From Nageia nagi (lineage: Eukaryota; Plantae; Pinophyta): a DNA stretch of 64,000 nt. The notes under the pieces were generated by a model, which was not told the DNA's origin, made no database searches, and was given only the letters and a program-made list of their open reading frames with translations. The translations under genes and the position numbers were made by a program. Below, in pieces: positions 1-12,249 of this stretch (position 1 is its first letter; every line of letters starts with the position of its first letter). Where the stretch lies: the NCBI GenBank assembly GCA_050084985.1, contig JBITNC010000002.1, forward strand, positions 21,824,001-21,888,000, written 5' to 3'.

Positions 1-636
1 GGAAGTTTGGGCAAGTTTACCATCCTGGCACTGCCACTGTAATCAAGGGGAAGGGCGATGATGTTGCCTCGATCTTCAATGCTTCGGATGCTTGGGAAGT
101 GGAGGGACCTTACTAATTGAGCATGGGGCATTACCCTAATGGTTGAGAAGCTCTTGAAGGTGCTTCACCTCCAACGTGACCTTGTTGACCTAGTCATTAA
201 TCTGGAACCAAAAATCATGAAAAACAATGAGCTTGTCAACTAATGAGAAGTCCACCATTTGAAGTTTCCTTGAAAAACAACAACATTTTGTTCTTTTCAA
301 ATATGAAACAAAATTCTAATTCTGAACATATTCAAAAAGTCCTCAAGCACTTCAGAGAAATTAGGAGGATCTCCTAAGAGATTATGAAGCCACATTAATG
401 GCTACTTAAGGTAAGGGTAAAAAAAGGATTCCATCGAAGACCAAGCCTTTTGAGATTTATTATAATGCCAAAATATGTGCATGATAGTCTCTTTTGAGTT
501 ACAAAATGGACACAGAGGATTGTCCACACCCATATGCTTCAATCTATGACCCATAGGGATACCTTGCAAAATTAAGCTCCAAACAAAGAATGATTGATTG
601 GGTTCGACATATTTGGCCCATGGTATTTTAAATAAT
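1..636 (-). mobile_element. L1-type LINE, 3' part of ORF2 (zf-RVT cysteine-rich region), decayed
   Basis: Minus-strand translation gives KIPWAKYVEPNQSFFVW..., then (after a frameshift) DNPLCPFCNSKETIMHIFWH..KAW, the CxxC/HxFxxC-type motif of plant L1 ORF2. It joins the LINE sequence at 8680 (...TWRS*F|KIPW...). Confidence 0.8.
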
Positions 637-1119
637 TGAAGGAATACACATTAACAATATAATTTTTAAATAACCAAGATCTTTTGAAAGCTCACAAACA
701 CAACTAACAAATTCACAAAGTAACACAAGATGTAAGTGGTTCCTTCAACTAGGAGTACATCCACTAACTAGATCTTTACTTAATCACAAATACAACTCTC
801 TTACAAACCTCTTAATCTTTATTCCTAAGCACTATTTTATAGTATAACTTTACTCCACCAATTGGTATATGATCCAAAGAGGGAGCCTTTTATTTTAGGC
901 CAAAATTCCTTTTTAGATCACCCTTTTACCTAATGTACAAAAGCATGGCATGCACATCTGTTTACCCAAGGGGCATGCTCATGACATGGAGTGTAGGACA
1001 AGTTACATTATCATATTGACTTAAATACTTAAGATATCAAATGATACTCTTAAGTATTAGTGAACTTACATAGAAGATTATTACATAACCTTTACAATAA
1101 TGCATTATACATTCCAACA
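637..1119 (-). repeat. Copia 3' LTR
   Basis: 721-1119 aligns with 8280-8679; ends ATTCCAACA next to the PPT. Start position is approximate. Confidence 0.8.
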
Positions 1120-1127
1120 CTCCCCCT
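1120..1127 (-). other. Polypurine tract of the Copia element
   Basis: ctccccct (AGGGGGAG on minus) abuts the LTR start TGTTGG. Confidence 0.85.
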
Positions 1128-1849
1128 TAATGCAATATTGGAATAGAGCGAATAAGAGAGAAGAAGAAAAGAAAGTAAGAGAGTTCTCCTTCAAATAGAT
1201 ACAACTAAAGATGAGAATTTTTTACATATTTGTGAAGTAAGCAAGTTCTAGTTTGAGACTCACAACTTTACCAAATACAATCATTAACCACAATTAGTTT
1301 CAATATTCATGAAGTAGTCATCCAACTGGAAGTCATGAAGAGTCTCCAAGAGCCTACATACCCAAAGTAAATAACCTGCAATCTCAAAGGAACTTGTAGT
1401 TCATAAGCAGCTCAAATAACAAGATTAGTTAGATGCAACATATTCATATCAACAAGGATAGATAAATCACACAAATGCCATCATGAACTAATCAATGGTG
1501 CACTATAAGTCATAGCAAAGATGCTAAGCCAAAACTTATAGTCACCTACTATATATAAAACATGTGTTGATTATCATTACAAAATAGAGCATGCACATAT
1601 GAGTTCCTCACATATGGATAACTAAATAGTGCCAAAATACACATAAGAGTTCCTCACACATGGATAACTGAATAGTGCTAGATTGGCCAATCTTTTTGCT
1701 TTTTTTTTTTTAATTTGTACAAGTTCTTCACACAGACCAATTTTACCATAAAGGTGTACAACAAAAATCAACACTATATAGCACAAAATCCTCTTAGGGG
1801 TGATGTCATCACAAACATGAATTCAATATAGAAATTCAAACTTCACTCT

Positions 1850-4800
1850 CCTTTGAAGATAACTTCATCAACCCAATAACATCCCTAAGCTTACAGAACT
1901 AAGCTTTCGAGAGGGGCTTGGTGAACAAATCAACGGAGTTTAAAGTGGATGGATAATACTCTAGGTGTATGATGCTATCAAGAACCTTCTCCTTGACAAA
2001 ATGTGCTTCGATTTTCACATGTTTTATTCTCTAATGAAACACAAGATTCTTAGCCAAAGAGATCGTCGATTAATTGTTTGAACAAATCAAAGATGAGCCA
2101 CCTTGCTCATACCAAATTTCTTTTAGAAGATGCTTTTGCCAAATGGCTTCCTAGGCTATAATAGACATGGCATGGTATTTGACTTCTATGGTGGAAAGAG
2201 AAATAGTGGGTTGCTTCTTGGAAGCCCAAGAGACAACACCTGAACCAATGCTAAACACATATATAGAGGTTGATTTTCTATCATCTTTATCTCTCCCATA
2301 GTCAAAATCTGAGAATTTAAAGAGAACAAATGAGGGTAACTTAGAATACTTGATAGTAAGATCCTTAATCCCTACTATATACCTCAAAATTTGCTTAACA
2401 GCATTAATGTGCTCAAAATATGGTTTCTGCATGAATCATGCCATCATATTCACTACAAAGGTAATATCTGGCCTAAAAAGAGTCAAATATAGAATACTAC
2501 CAAATAATTACTTGTAAGTGATAGCATCAGCTAACTGAGAGTTGGAGCTCATAGAAATAGTGATTTCAGGAGAAACTGAGATTATAGCACATATACACTC
2601 CTCCATTTCAAACTTCTATAAGATATCTGAAATATACTTAGTTTGATTAAGATAAGTACAATCCTTGTATTGATACATTTGCATTCTAAGATAGTAGTGT
2701 AAGAGATCAAGATCAATAATTTCAAACGTTGCCTTAAGTTTAGATATACACTCTTGAATGATTTCATCATTGTTCTCAATAATTAAAAGATCATCCACAT
2801 AAAGGAGAATCAAGACCATATCTTTTTCTTAATTGAGAACATATAAATTAGAGTCTAAAAAACACTTAGAAAAACTAATGTCTGCAAAATACCTTAAAAT
2901 CTTCTTATACCAAGCTCTAAGTGCTTTCTTAAGTCCATATAATGACTTCTTTAGCTTGCACACAAAAGACTCTTTACCTTCCATAATAAACCCTTCTGAT
3001 TGATTCATGAAGATTTTCACATCTAAGTCACCATTAAGGAATGCACTCTTGATGTCAAATTGAAAAACTTTGCATCTTTGAACTGCAGAAAGAGCAAAGA
3101 TAATTCTTACAGTAATCATCTTTGTTACGAAAGCAAAGGTTTTCTCATAATCTACATTGTATTTTTGAGCAAAACCTTTCGCTATTAACCTTACCTTATA
3201 TTTCTCAATATCTCCAACAGAATTGAATTTGACCTTGTAAATCCACTTATTACCAATCACATTCTTTTCATTGAAATAAAGAATCAAATCTCAAGTTTTA
3301 TTTTTCATAAGCGCCTCATACTCCACTTTCATGGCTTCCATCCAACACTCATGCTTAGAAGCTTCTTTGAAGGTTGAGGGCTCATGCTTATTTTCAATCT
3401 TGGCAAATAAGGATTTGTTCAAGGTTATGCTTTTTGTTACCTTTTATGGTGGAGAATTTTATTCTTGAGGTGATTTATCTACATCAATATCTAACTAACT
3501 AGGTGCAACTAAAGAGTCCTTTAGATCATCAACATCCTCATTAGAAGCAAATTCTTCAGAAAGTTCATTGAACTTTCTATCCTTTGAAACAAACACGACT
3601 TTATAGGATGGAGAGTAGAGCTTGTAGCCTCTATGCTAACTATCATAACTCACAAAAATGTATTTTCCAACTCTTTTATCTAATTTTTTTCTTTTCTCAA
3701 AAATAATGTAGGAGAATGCTTCACAACCAAACACCCTAAGGTGAGAAATGTTAGGTCTTCATTCTAACCATGCCTCAAAAGGAGTTTTACCTTGAACGAC
3801 TTTTGTGGGACACTTATTCAAGGTGTAAATAGTAGTACTCGCAGCTTCACCCCATAAGAAACTAGGAAGATTACCTAGCATGCATCTGGTCATCTCTATA
3901 AATATCCTATTTTTTCTTTTGACAACACCATTCTGTTGAGGAGTGTGAAGAATCATAAATTACCTTTTGATTTCATACTTAGCATAATAGTCATTGAATT
4001 CATTGTTGTTATATTTTTCCCCATTACTGATCTCAAGAACTTGATTTTAAGGTTAGTTTAATTTTCAACTAAGGCTTTAAAATTCTTGAAACTCTCAAAG
4101 GTTTGATCCTTGTGCTCAAGTAGATACCCAAAGGTCATCCTACTAAATTTATCAATGAAGGTTAAGACATAAGATGCTCCCCCAAGGGACTTAGTCTGAA
4201 ATAAACCCATCAAATTTGAATGCACAAATTGAAGAGGTTGAGATGCTCTTGTTATTTTATCTTTTTCAAACTTTTATCTATGCATCTTGCCAAGAATGCA
4301 CTTCTCGTATAGACCAATCAAAGAAAAAATTGAATGCAAACCTTCCATAAGTTCTTAGTCTTTCATAACTTGAATACTCTTATGGTTAAGGTGCCTTAAA
4401 TGTTGGTGCCAAAGATTGCATTTAAAATACATATTTGCAACAAGATACATCTTTGTTGGAACTTGATCTACAATGTAGAGATCATCTTTTACTAACCCTT
4501 TAACCATCATGGTAGGTCCTTTCTTAATGCACCAGGATTGAGAGTCGAACTCAAAAAAGTACCTTTTCCTAACAACTTGGATCAAGGAGAGAAGGTTCAT
4601 CCTAAGCTTAGAAACATAGAGCATATTTTCAAAAACTTTTCTATTAATCAACACACTTCCAATGCCTTAGACTTTAAGAATAGAGTTATTACCTATCACA
4701 ACTGCATCTTTTCTATACTTGTGAAAGTTCTCAAACTTATCTTTTTCAAAGCATAGGTGATTAGTGTAACCAGAGTCAACAATCCAATCACATAAAAAAA

Positions 4801-5766
4801 TGCGAATCATGGAGTAGAGCACTATAGTAAAACCAACTTGAATATTTTTTTTCTTTTAAAGTTCTTTACATTTCCATTACCTTTGTTCTTTTCTTTTCTT
4901 TTTTTTTTTGTAGCAATCAACTTCTTTTTGACCTTGGATGCCACAATAGTTACAATTACCATCAAGCTTTTCTTTAAGATATAGATTGTTTACTTTGCTT
5001 TTTCCATCTTTTTACCTGAAGTGGTTATTGTTACTATTGTTCTTGTAGTTGTTGTTGCTATTGCCTCTTTTCTCAAACCTTTTGGAAAAAGAAGGATAAT
5101 ATTTATTTTAATGGTTGAAATTCTTCTTAAAAGTAGTTTTGGTTGCTTTAAGAGTAACGTTATTATCTTTAAAAGAAAAAATCAACACCTTGTTATTAAG
5201 GGTTTTTTCATGCTTCAAAAGGAGCCTAGAAAGGTTCTCAAGGGAGAAGACTTCTTCATCATCAAGCTTTGTTTCCATAACCATCACAAAGTTTTAAAAA
5301 TTTGAAGAAAAGCTTTGAAGAATGATGAAGACTATGAACTTATCATCGATCCAATTGCATCCATAAGTAACAAGTTGGATCTTTAGGTCAATAATTTTGT
5401 TTAAGTAGATAGCCACATTTTCATCTTCCCTTTGATGAGATTAAAGTAATTTTTGAAAAATTGTAAACCTTCTTGAAAATTTTAAACCAAGGTAAATTTG
5501 TTTAAGTTTATCCAAACTTCCTTTACCAAGGTTGAAGATGAAATCATCAGGAGCACATCATCTGAAACTACACAAAAGATCATGGAGGTTGCCAACTCAT
5601 TCTTCGTGTTGTAAACCTCTAGTGCCTTCTCATTTATAGGAGCAACAAGGTTCTTATTTATAGTTTATCAAAGTTTCTTTGCCTGTAATTAAACTCTAAT
5701 ATGTGGTTTCTAAATCCCAAAGTTGGAACCATCAAGAATATGTTTGGGTAAGAAGTTATCTTCCAT
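1850..5766 (-). pseudogene. Copia gag-pol pseudogene (gag, GAG-pre-integrase, integrase, RT, RNase H)
   Basis: Starts MEDNFLPKHILDGSNF at 5766. Fragments: LWHQHLRHLN, TPQQNGVVKRKNR (INT), KWIYKVK..YKVRLIAKGFAQ and LKKSLYGLK (RT), LLYVDDLLI, DDRKSTS..SWASKKQ (RH). Many stops and frameshifts. Confidence 0.92.
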
Positions 5767-6667
5767 TTGATACACAAGAATGTGAATAATAAGTATATGT
5801 TTCAAAAAATAATATCATGTTAAGCTTTAATCCAAGTAAAAAATACATGTTAATTTTAATACAAAAGACATGCATGATTTGTTTCACTAGTGCAAATGTT
5901 TTACAACTCAAATGATAACACATGTACCCAAATACATTTCTCATCTTAAAAATTGTAGATGTAAAGTGAAATTGTTGAGGTTTTGTTTTCTTGTCTAAAA
6001 TTAAGCCTTCACCTAGATATCCACACAAGAGGAGGCCAAGTACTACCAATCCTCAACCAGTTTGCCTTGGTTGGTATTATACTCTCACAAGAAGAAGTAC
6101 TACTATTTTTCAAGGTTATGACGTATATTGGATTGGCTAAATTATTAATCTATATTAGGTTTCAAGTTATCCTCCTAAGTTATCAGGATAATCTCTGAAT
6201 GTATGTGCAAACATGTGGTATCACTACATACATGCCTATCCACCTATTGGAGTTATGTTTAGACCAACAGAGGACTTAGAGGCAATTGAGAAGTATGAAT
6301 TTTTCACCATTTGGATCATCGAACTTAAAGGCTCCAGTCCACCTGTCCTCACCTCATGGCTCTCTAAACAAGTCATATTGTGGAATGTATATGCAAATGT
6401 GTTTATTTTAAGGGGTTTCTCATATCAATGTTTACATTTTTTGGTTACATAAGTAAATAAATCAAAGTGGAAAACACAAAGTAAAAGAGCATAAGTAAAA
6501 TATCCATTCAAAATTTGAAACTTAAGTGTCCAATGGGGTTTGTTTACTAACCCCTAAAGGACATATTTATAACATTCTTTATTTTGGACAAATCCATTCC
6601 AAGCTTTGCATAAGGAAATAAAATTAAGGAATCATCAACAAATATCATAACTTAAAAAAATTTAAGT

Positions 6668-6835
6668 AATAAGCATGCATCATTCTCATAGCTTAAAACT
6701 TTTTAAGTAAGCATGCATCATTCCAAAAAATTAAGTGATAAGTATGCATCATTAAAAAAAGGAGATAAGCATGCATCATTTAACTTTAAAAAATTAAGTA
6801 AAATATCCATAAAGTTGATAAACATGCATGCTAAG
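6668..6835. repeat. Short imperfect repeats (aagcatgcatcatt) in the ~2.5-kb Copia 5' leader
   Basis: About 5 copies of (t)aagcatgcatcatt separated by A-rich spacers. Confidence 0.7.
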
Positions 6836-8279
6836 CATAAAGGATAAAAAATTTAAGTAAACAATCTCCTAAATATTTCCTACTTAAAGATTAAATCTCT
6901 AAGGAAGATGCTTTCAACAATAAATACTAAGATAAAAAAAATTACCTTAGAACTTTTAACTAAGAGGAAAAAAATTCCTCTTAAAAAATTCCACTAAAAG
7001 ATTAGCCTCCTCTTTTGCATTTAAGTACTAATAGAAATTACTCATTTCAATACTTTCAAAGACATTGCCCTTTCTTTAAAAAAAAAAAAAAAAATTCTTA
7101 AGAGAAAGTAACTAGGAATAATGAGGAAGCATTAAATATGATCATAAAATCCTCCATTTAAATAATGTAATCATCATTAACCTGAAATTTTTAATGAGGA
7201 ACATAAATTGGAAAGGAGGAAAACATGTACTCTAGGGGAAAGTAATTAAAGTTTTATCATAATTTCTGCAAAGACTTAAATGATAGGAAAAACTATACTT
7301 TACTTCCCACTTAAGCAATTAATTTGATAGGTGAAGCCCATACTCTACCAAAAAACATTCCATGCAAAAGGTAAGAAAGCAATAAATAACCATAAGAGGG
7401 TAGCCAAATAATCTTGGATAAAGAAGATCAATGCGTAGAGATAGGTCTGCACAAGGAGAGGTCATAGTTGGTGATAAGGGAGGAGAGGTGGTCATTGCTC
7501 ATACGAGAGAAGCAATATAGAGAAGTCAATGATTGAATTTGAACTTAGAAAGGGGGTGCATTCATGATGAATTGGTGAACTAAAGTGCAAAGACATCAAA
7601 CCTCACAAATAAAATTGATAGGAAATCCATTTACTTAAGACACATTTAGAGGATACAAAATAGAGAAGCCATAAGGGCCACAAGGGAAATGGAGGAAAAA
7701 ATACAATAGATATGCCATGAGGGCCAAAAAAAAGGGTGAGAGGGACATGTAAAACACTCCCACTAAGTTTGTTAGGAGAGAACAATGCAAAAGAAGCAAG
7801 GTCATGAAGGAGTCACACCTAGAAGATTAATCGCAAGGAGAAGCTAGCCTAGCTACAAGGAGAAGCCAGAGATGGCCATGAGATAGAGAGAAAGTGGTTA
7901 AGAAGGTTGCAAGTGGTGTGAGGGATGCACAGGAGACTAACCCTTCTAGCCATGTAAAAAAGTGCAAACAAAAAGGTTGCTCGATGGTTGGTAGAGATGG
8001 GGGGTTTGGTCAGTTAGTGGCTGGTTGAATTCCCCCTTTGAAACATTAGAAGAAACAACAAAAATTTGATTTCAAAAATATATATATATATAAGGGATTT
8101 TGAAATATTTCAAAAAAAATAGTTTTATTTATTTATATAAACTCTCTCCTTGTTTTATTGTAATGCTAACATAGTAACAATGTGTAGTAAGAAAAATAAT
8201 AACTTTTATTATATTTCACACTACAATTTTGTAATAGGAAACATACTATTATTATTTAAGCAAAAAATTGCATTTAAAA

Positions 8280-8679
8280 TAACACAAGATGTAAGTGGTT
8301 CCTCAAACTAGGAGTACATCCACTAACTAGATCTCTTCTTCTTAACAAATATGAACTCTTACAATCCTCCTACACTTTTCTCCTAAACACTATCCTATTG
8401 CATAAATTTACTCCACAAATTGGTGTATGATCACAAATATGGGGCCTTCTATTTATAGGCCAAAATCCCTTTTTGGATCTCCCTTTTATCTAAAGTACAA
8501 AAGCATGACATGCACATCCTTTTACCCAAGGGGCATGCACATGACATGGAGTATAGGACAAGTTACATTATCATATTCACTTAAATATTTAAGGTATCAA
8601 ATGATACCCTTAAGTATTAATGAATTTACATAAAAGATTATTACATAACCTTTACAATAATGCATTATACATTCTAACA
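8280..8679 (-). repeat. Copia 5' LTR (U5 end and PBS not recognisable)
   Basis: Aligns with 721-1119; ends attctaaca; no gctctgatacca nearby. Confidence 0.8.
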
Positions 8680-11138
8680 AAATCAAGACCTCCAAGTATC
8701 ATTAGAGGAAAAGAGATCCCAATGTTCATTGAGCTTGGGGACCATGGGTATGTTGGGTGAAATCCAACTATAGCCATGCTTGACTGAGTAAGAAGAAAGT
8801 GGGACACCCTTAAACCATTTCCATTATGTCCAACAAGGGCATTGTGAATTTTGTCCCAGCTTGGGCTAAAGAGAGAAAGGCATGCAATTAAGAACAATGT
8901 CATAGGTATATTTATCCTCATGCTTCAATGCACATCTTTGCTTAAATAAATCCCAAATAATCTAGATCTTGGAAGCTTGGATATAGAAGTCTTGAATAGA
9001 ATAAATGTCATTTTTTGGAAAAATGTTTAGCCCAAATCCATTATATGCTAGCCAGAGGCATATTCTAAAACTTGATAGCTGGAGACCATAAAACATTAAA
9101 GTGAAGAAGGGAAAATCCTTTGCATCTACCACCTCCTTTCCAAGTAAGCCATGGTTTGACAATCTCCCATGCTTTTCAAATGTTTTTACAAACAAAAGAA
9201 CCAACCATTTTGATCAAAATAAGGGCCACAATGAGGAAGGGAAGGTTCATATTTTTCTAGTCTTTTTTACCTAAAGGAAGCCCTTTGGAAATAATATAGT
9301 GCCTAAGAAGGACTTTCCAAGCTTTAGGGCCTTGAAGTACTTTGATAGTCCATTTAGCACTCAATGCAGTGCCTTGTCATTGGTAGTCAAAAATTCCCAT
9401 ACCACTAGAATACTTGGGTAGGCAACAAAACTCCCATGAAACTCTATGAAATTATTTCTTCTTCTTGGTGTTGGCCCATATGAAGTCTTTGAGAAGCTTT
9501 TCTAACTTCTTATAGCAAGCTTGGGAAGGGACCCCACATGATGAGTAATAAATATGAGAAGACTAGAAATTTTGAATAAATTTGAAATTTTCCTGCAAGT
9601 AAGAGCTTTTTGGATATCCATTATGTCAAATTTTTCTCAACTCTTTGAAATACATAGTTCCATAATTGAGTCAGGGTGGTTTGGAAAGCAAAGGGAATAC
9701 CCAAAAATTTAAACATTTATCTAGGTTAGATCTATTTCCATCAAAATGGAAGGTGCCAATTAGGGATGTCTAATATGGATTATCGATAGATGAAGGGTTT
9801 CTTCCATTGAATGATATACCTCAAAGCTTTGTAGAAAGTGTCCAAAAAAGAAAAGGTTTGAATGATTGAATTCTCATCCTCTCTCAGGGTGAGAAAGGAA
9901 TCATCTGCAAAGTGGTCATTAATTAATTGACCTTGGTTCCCAGGTAGAGCAATTCCATGAACTAGCCCTTGAGAAGCTTTGTTGGCAAGTAAGTAACCAA
10001 AAGCTTCATTCCTTAACACATAAAAAGAGGGGGCCAAGGGGAAGCCTTGCTTTAGCAATCTATAAATCCCTATGGTATTAGTTTGCATACCATCTAAAGT
10101 AATGACAACTGAAGCAATGAAGGTAGGGCTAAATCCAATGGCATGGAGCATTGCAAGAATAAAGTTCCACCAAGTTTGTCATATGCTTTTTCAAAGTCAA
10201 TTTTAAAGAATATGGTGCTTTGTTGAGAAGCATAGACCCATTCCATTCCTTCCCAGATTGCAATAAAATTTTTAAGAATATATATTCTTTGAATGAATCC
10301 TATTTATTTTGGATGAACAATTTGGGAGACAAGAGGCCTAATTTTTGAAGTTAAGTCCTTAGCTATAATTTTATATCTAACATTGAGTAGAGTGATTAGT
10401 ATCCAACTGGTAATAAGCTCAAGGTTTCTTGACTTGAGAATGAGCTTAATATTGCCTTTATTGATAATAAATCTTAAAGAGCCTATTAAAAGAGCTTCTT
10501 TATAGACACATATAAGATCATGATTGACCACATCCCATAGTTCTTTATATAACTCACATGGTAGCTATCTAATCAAAGAAATTTCTCATTTTCCATACAA
10601 GAAAGAGTTACTTTAAGATCTTGAATTGAGAGGGCACAATCACACTCCTCTTTCTAAGAAAGTGAGAGTTTATTCAAAACCATACTATGACATTTAGCCA
10701 TAACATTTTACCTTTCCAAGGTGAAATCTTATTAAGCAAAAACTTATTGGTAGTGCTTGAAAAAGGCATTGGCTATGCTAGGATATCAGTTTACTCTAAT
10801 ATTTTGAAAGAATTCTTTGGTAATTCTATCACCAATTCAAAGCCAATGGAGTCAGGATTGAACCTAGGCACCTTTGGCTTCATACAATTCCACTTTTCTA
10901 AACTCATGGTGAACTGCAACATGTTGTAGGGGAATGCTCCAAGGATTAGCTTCAAGTTGGATAAAGGTACGAGTAAAATCATATTTAAGGGCATTACTAG
11001 AATGCTTACAAATATGTACAATCTTGACTCCCAACACTCTCAAAATAATGGTGGTTTTGAGGATAACATCATTCCACCACTCAATGTAGCCTCTATTCCT
11101 AAAGGGTAAAGGTACCAAATTTCAAACTCAACAAATAT
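8680..11138 (-). mobile_element. L1-type LINE ORF2, reverse transcriptase region, decayed
   Basis: ITLLNVRYKIIAK, IDFEKAYD (from gtcatatgctttttcaaagtcaat), LKQGFPLAPSFYVL (QGxPLSP-like), HFADDSFL, and a KFLGIP motif. Confidence 0.9.
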
Positions 11139-12243
11139 TATAGACACCTCAAAATCATTCATTTGTCTACCTTAGATGATTTGTGAGGATTTTACTTATC
11201 CTATAATTCATCATGATCCTATTAGCCCTTTGTCTTGTTCTGACCTTGTTTGCATGATCGATTTTGGTAACTTGAGCCTTTGTTATGACCTTATCACTTT
11301 ATACCCTAACCAACCCATCAGTTAGGGGACCAATTGATTAGTTAGGGGATTGATTGATTCATTTGGTTTTAAACCCTAATCAATCCATCGATTAGGAGAT
11401 CAAATGATCGATTAGGGTTTAAACCCTAACTAGCCCATCGACTAGAGTTTAAACCCTAATTGGCCCATCAGCTAGTCCTATATATAAGTCAATTCAAAAA
11501 TAGATTTTCAGAGAGCCATTCACTTAACATAATGGGAAACCCATGAATTCTTACTATCTTGCATATTTGGAACTATCCATTTAAGCTTTTGGCCAAGAAC
11601 CTTACACTTGGAACTTTACCCATCACTTCCAAAGCAACAAAGAGAGGATTTTTATCTTCTTGCAAAGGGAACCTTGGGTAACACATTTTTTCCCTTTGTT
11701 TTGGGATACTAATCATTGTTTTGAGTTTTTTTGCAAGATTTTTAGGAGACATACAAGAGCTCAATCATATATCCTTTTGTATTATCATTGTTACTTTTGT
11801 GCATGGTTGGATACTAATTGTTCTAGGCTAGTCTCTTGTAGACTTAGGCTAGTATAATTTAGTTTAATTTTATTTTAGTTAGTATATTTTAATCCTATGC
11901 TAGTTTGCATTTTAGGCATTGTGTTTTTTTCTAGTGCCTTATTGATTCAAGGCTTGGAGGCTACAAGCTCATTAGCTAGCTTTGCATGTTTCTAGGGTCT
12001 TAAGGACCTATAACTTAGAAGCCTCCTCTTTTTTCTTATTGGTAGGTTATTTGGAGTTGTGGGTATCGCACAAGAGAAAAGGAAAACACTCTAAACCCTC
12101 TCTCACCATTTTATTTATCATTACCATCTAATCACATTTCAAGAAATGTTTTAGAAATTATAGCATGGGCCTTTTCTAAAGGGGAGGGACCCCAAGTGTG
12201 GGGTCTCCCTAGCTCCCTTGCATCCCCCTTTGGGATACCTACA
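11139..12243 (+). repeat. Tat 5' LTR
   Basis: TATAGACACC...GGGATACCTACA; about 100 bp longer than the 3' LTR because of extra telo-box repeat units. Confidence 0.9.
11300..11487 (+). promoter_or_regulatory. LTR promoter: telo-boxes and site-II-like GCCCA motifs upstream of a TATA box
   Basis: Several aaaccctaa/ttaggg motifs incl. palindrome ttagggtttaaaccctaa (11412-11429), tagcccat/tggcccat, TATATATAA at 11479-11487. A shorter version is in the 3' LTR (22137-22182). Confidence 0.6.
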
Positions 12244-12249
12244 AATTGG

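Larger units (their letters stand above)
637..8679 (-). mobile_element. Ty1/Copia LTR retrotransposon, decayed, inserted in the LINE
   Basis: Direct repeats 721-1119 / 8280-8679; PPT at 1120; gag-INT-RT-RH order on the minus strand. The left boundary (tgaaggaat at 637, mirroring attccaaca) is inferred from the LINE junction; the TSD is not clean. Confidence 0.85.

Noticed and set aside
5983-6452. Plus-strand ORFs in the Copia leader as a captured gene
   Set aside because: No recognisable motif in the frames examined.
11300-11470. Interstitial telomere or chromosome fusion site
   Set aside because: Isolated telo-boxes present in both LTRs of one element, not a TTTAGGG array.
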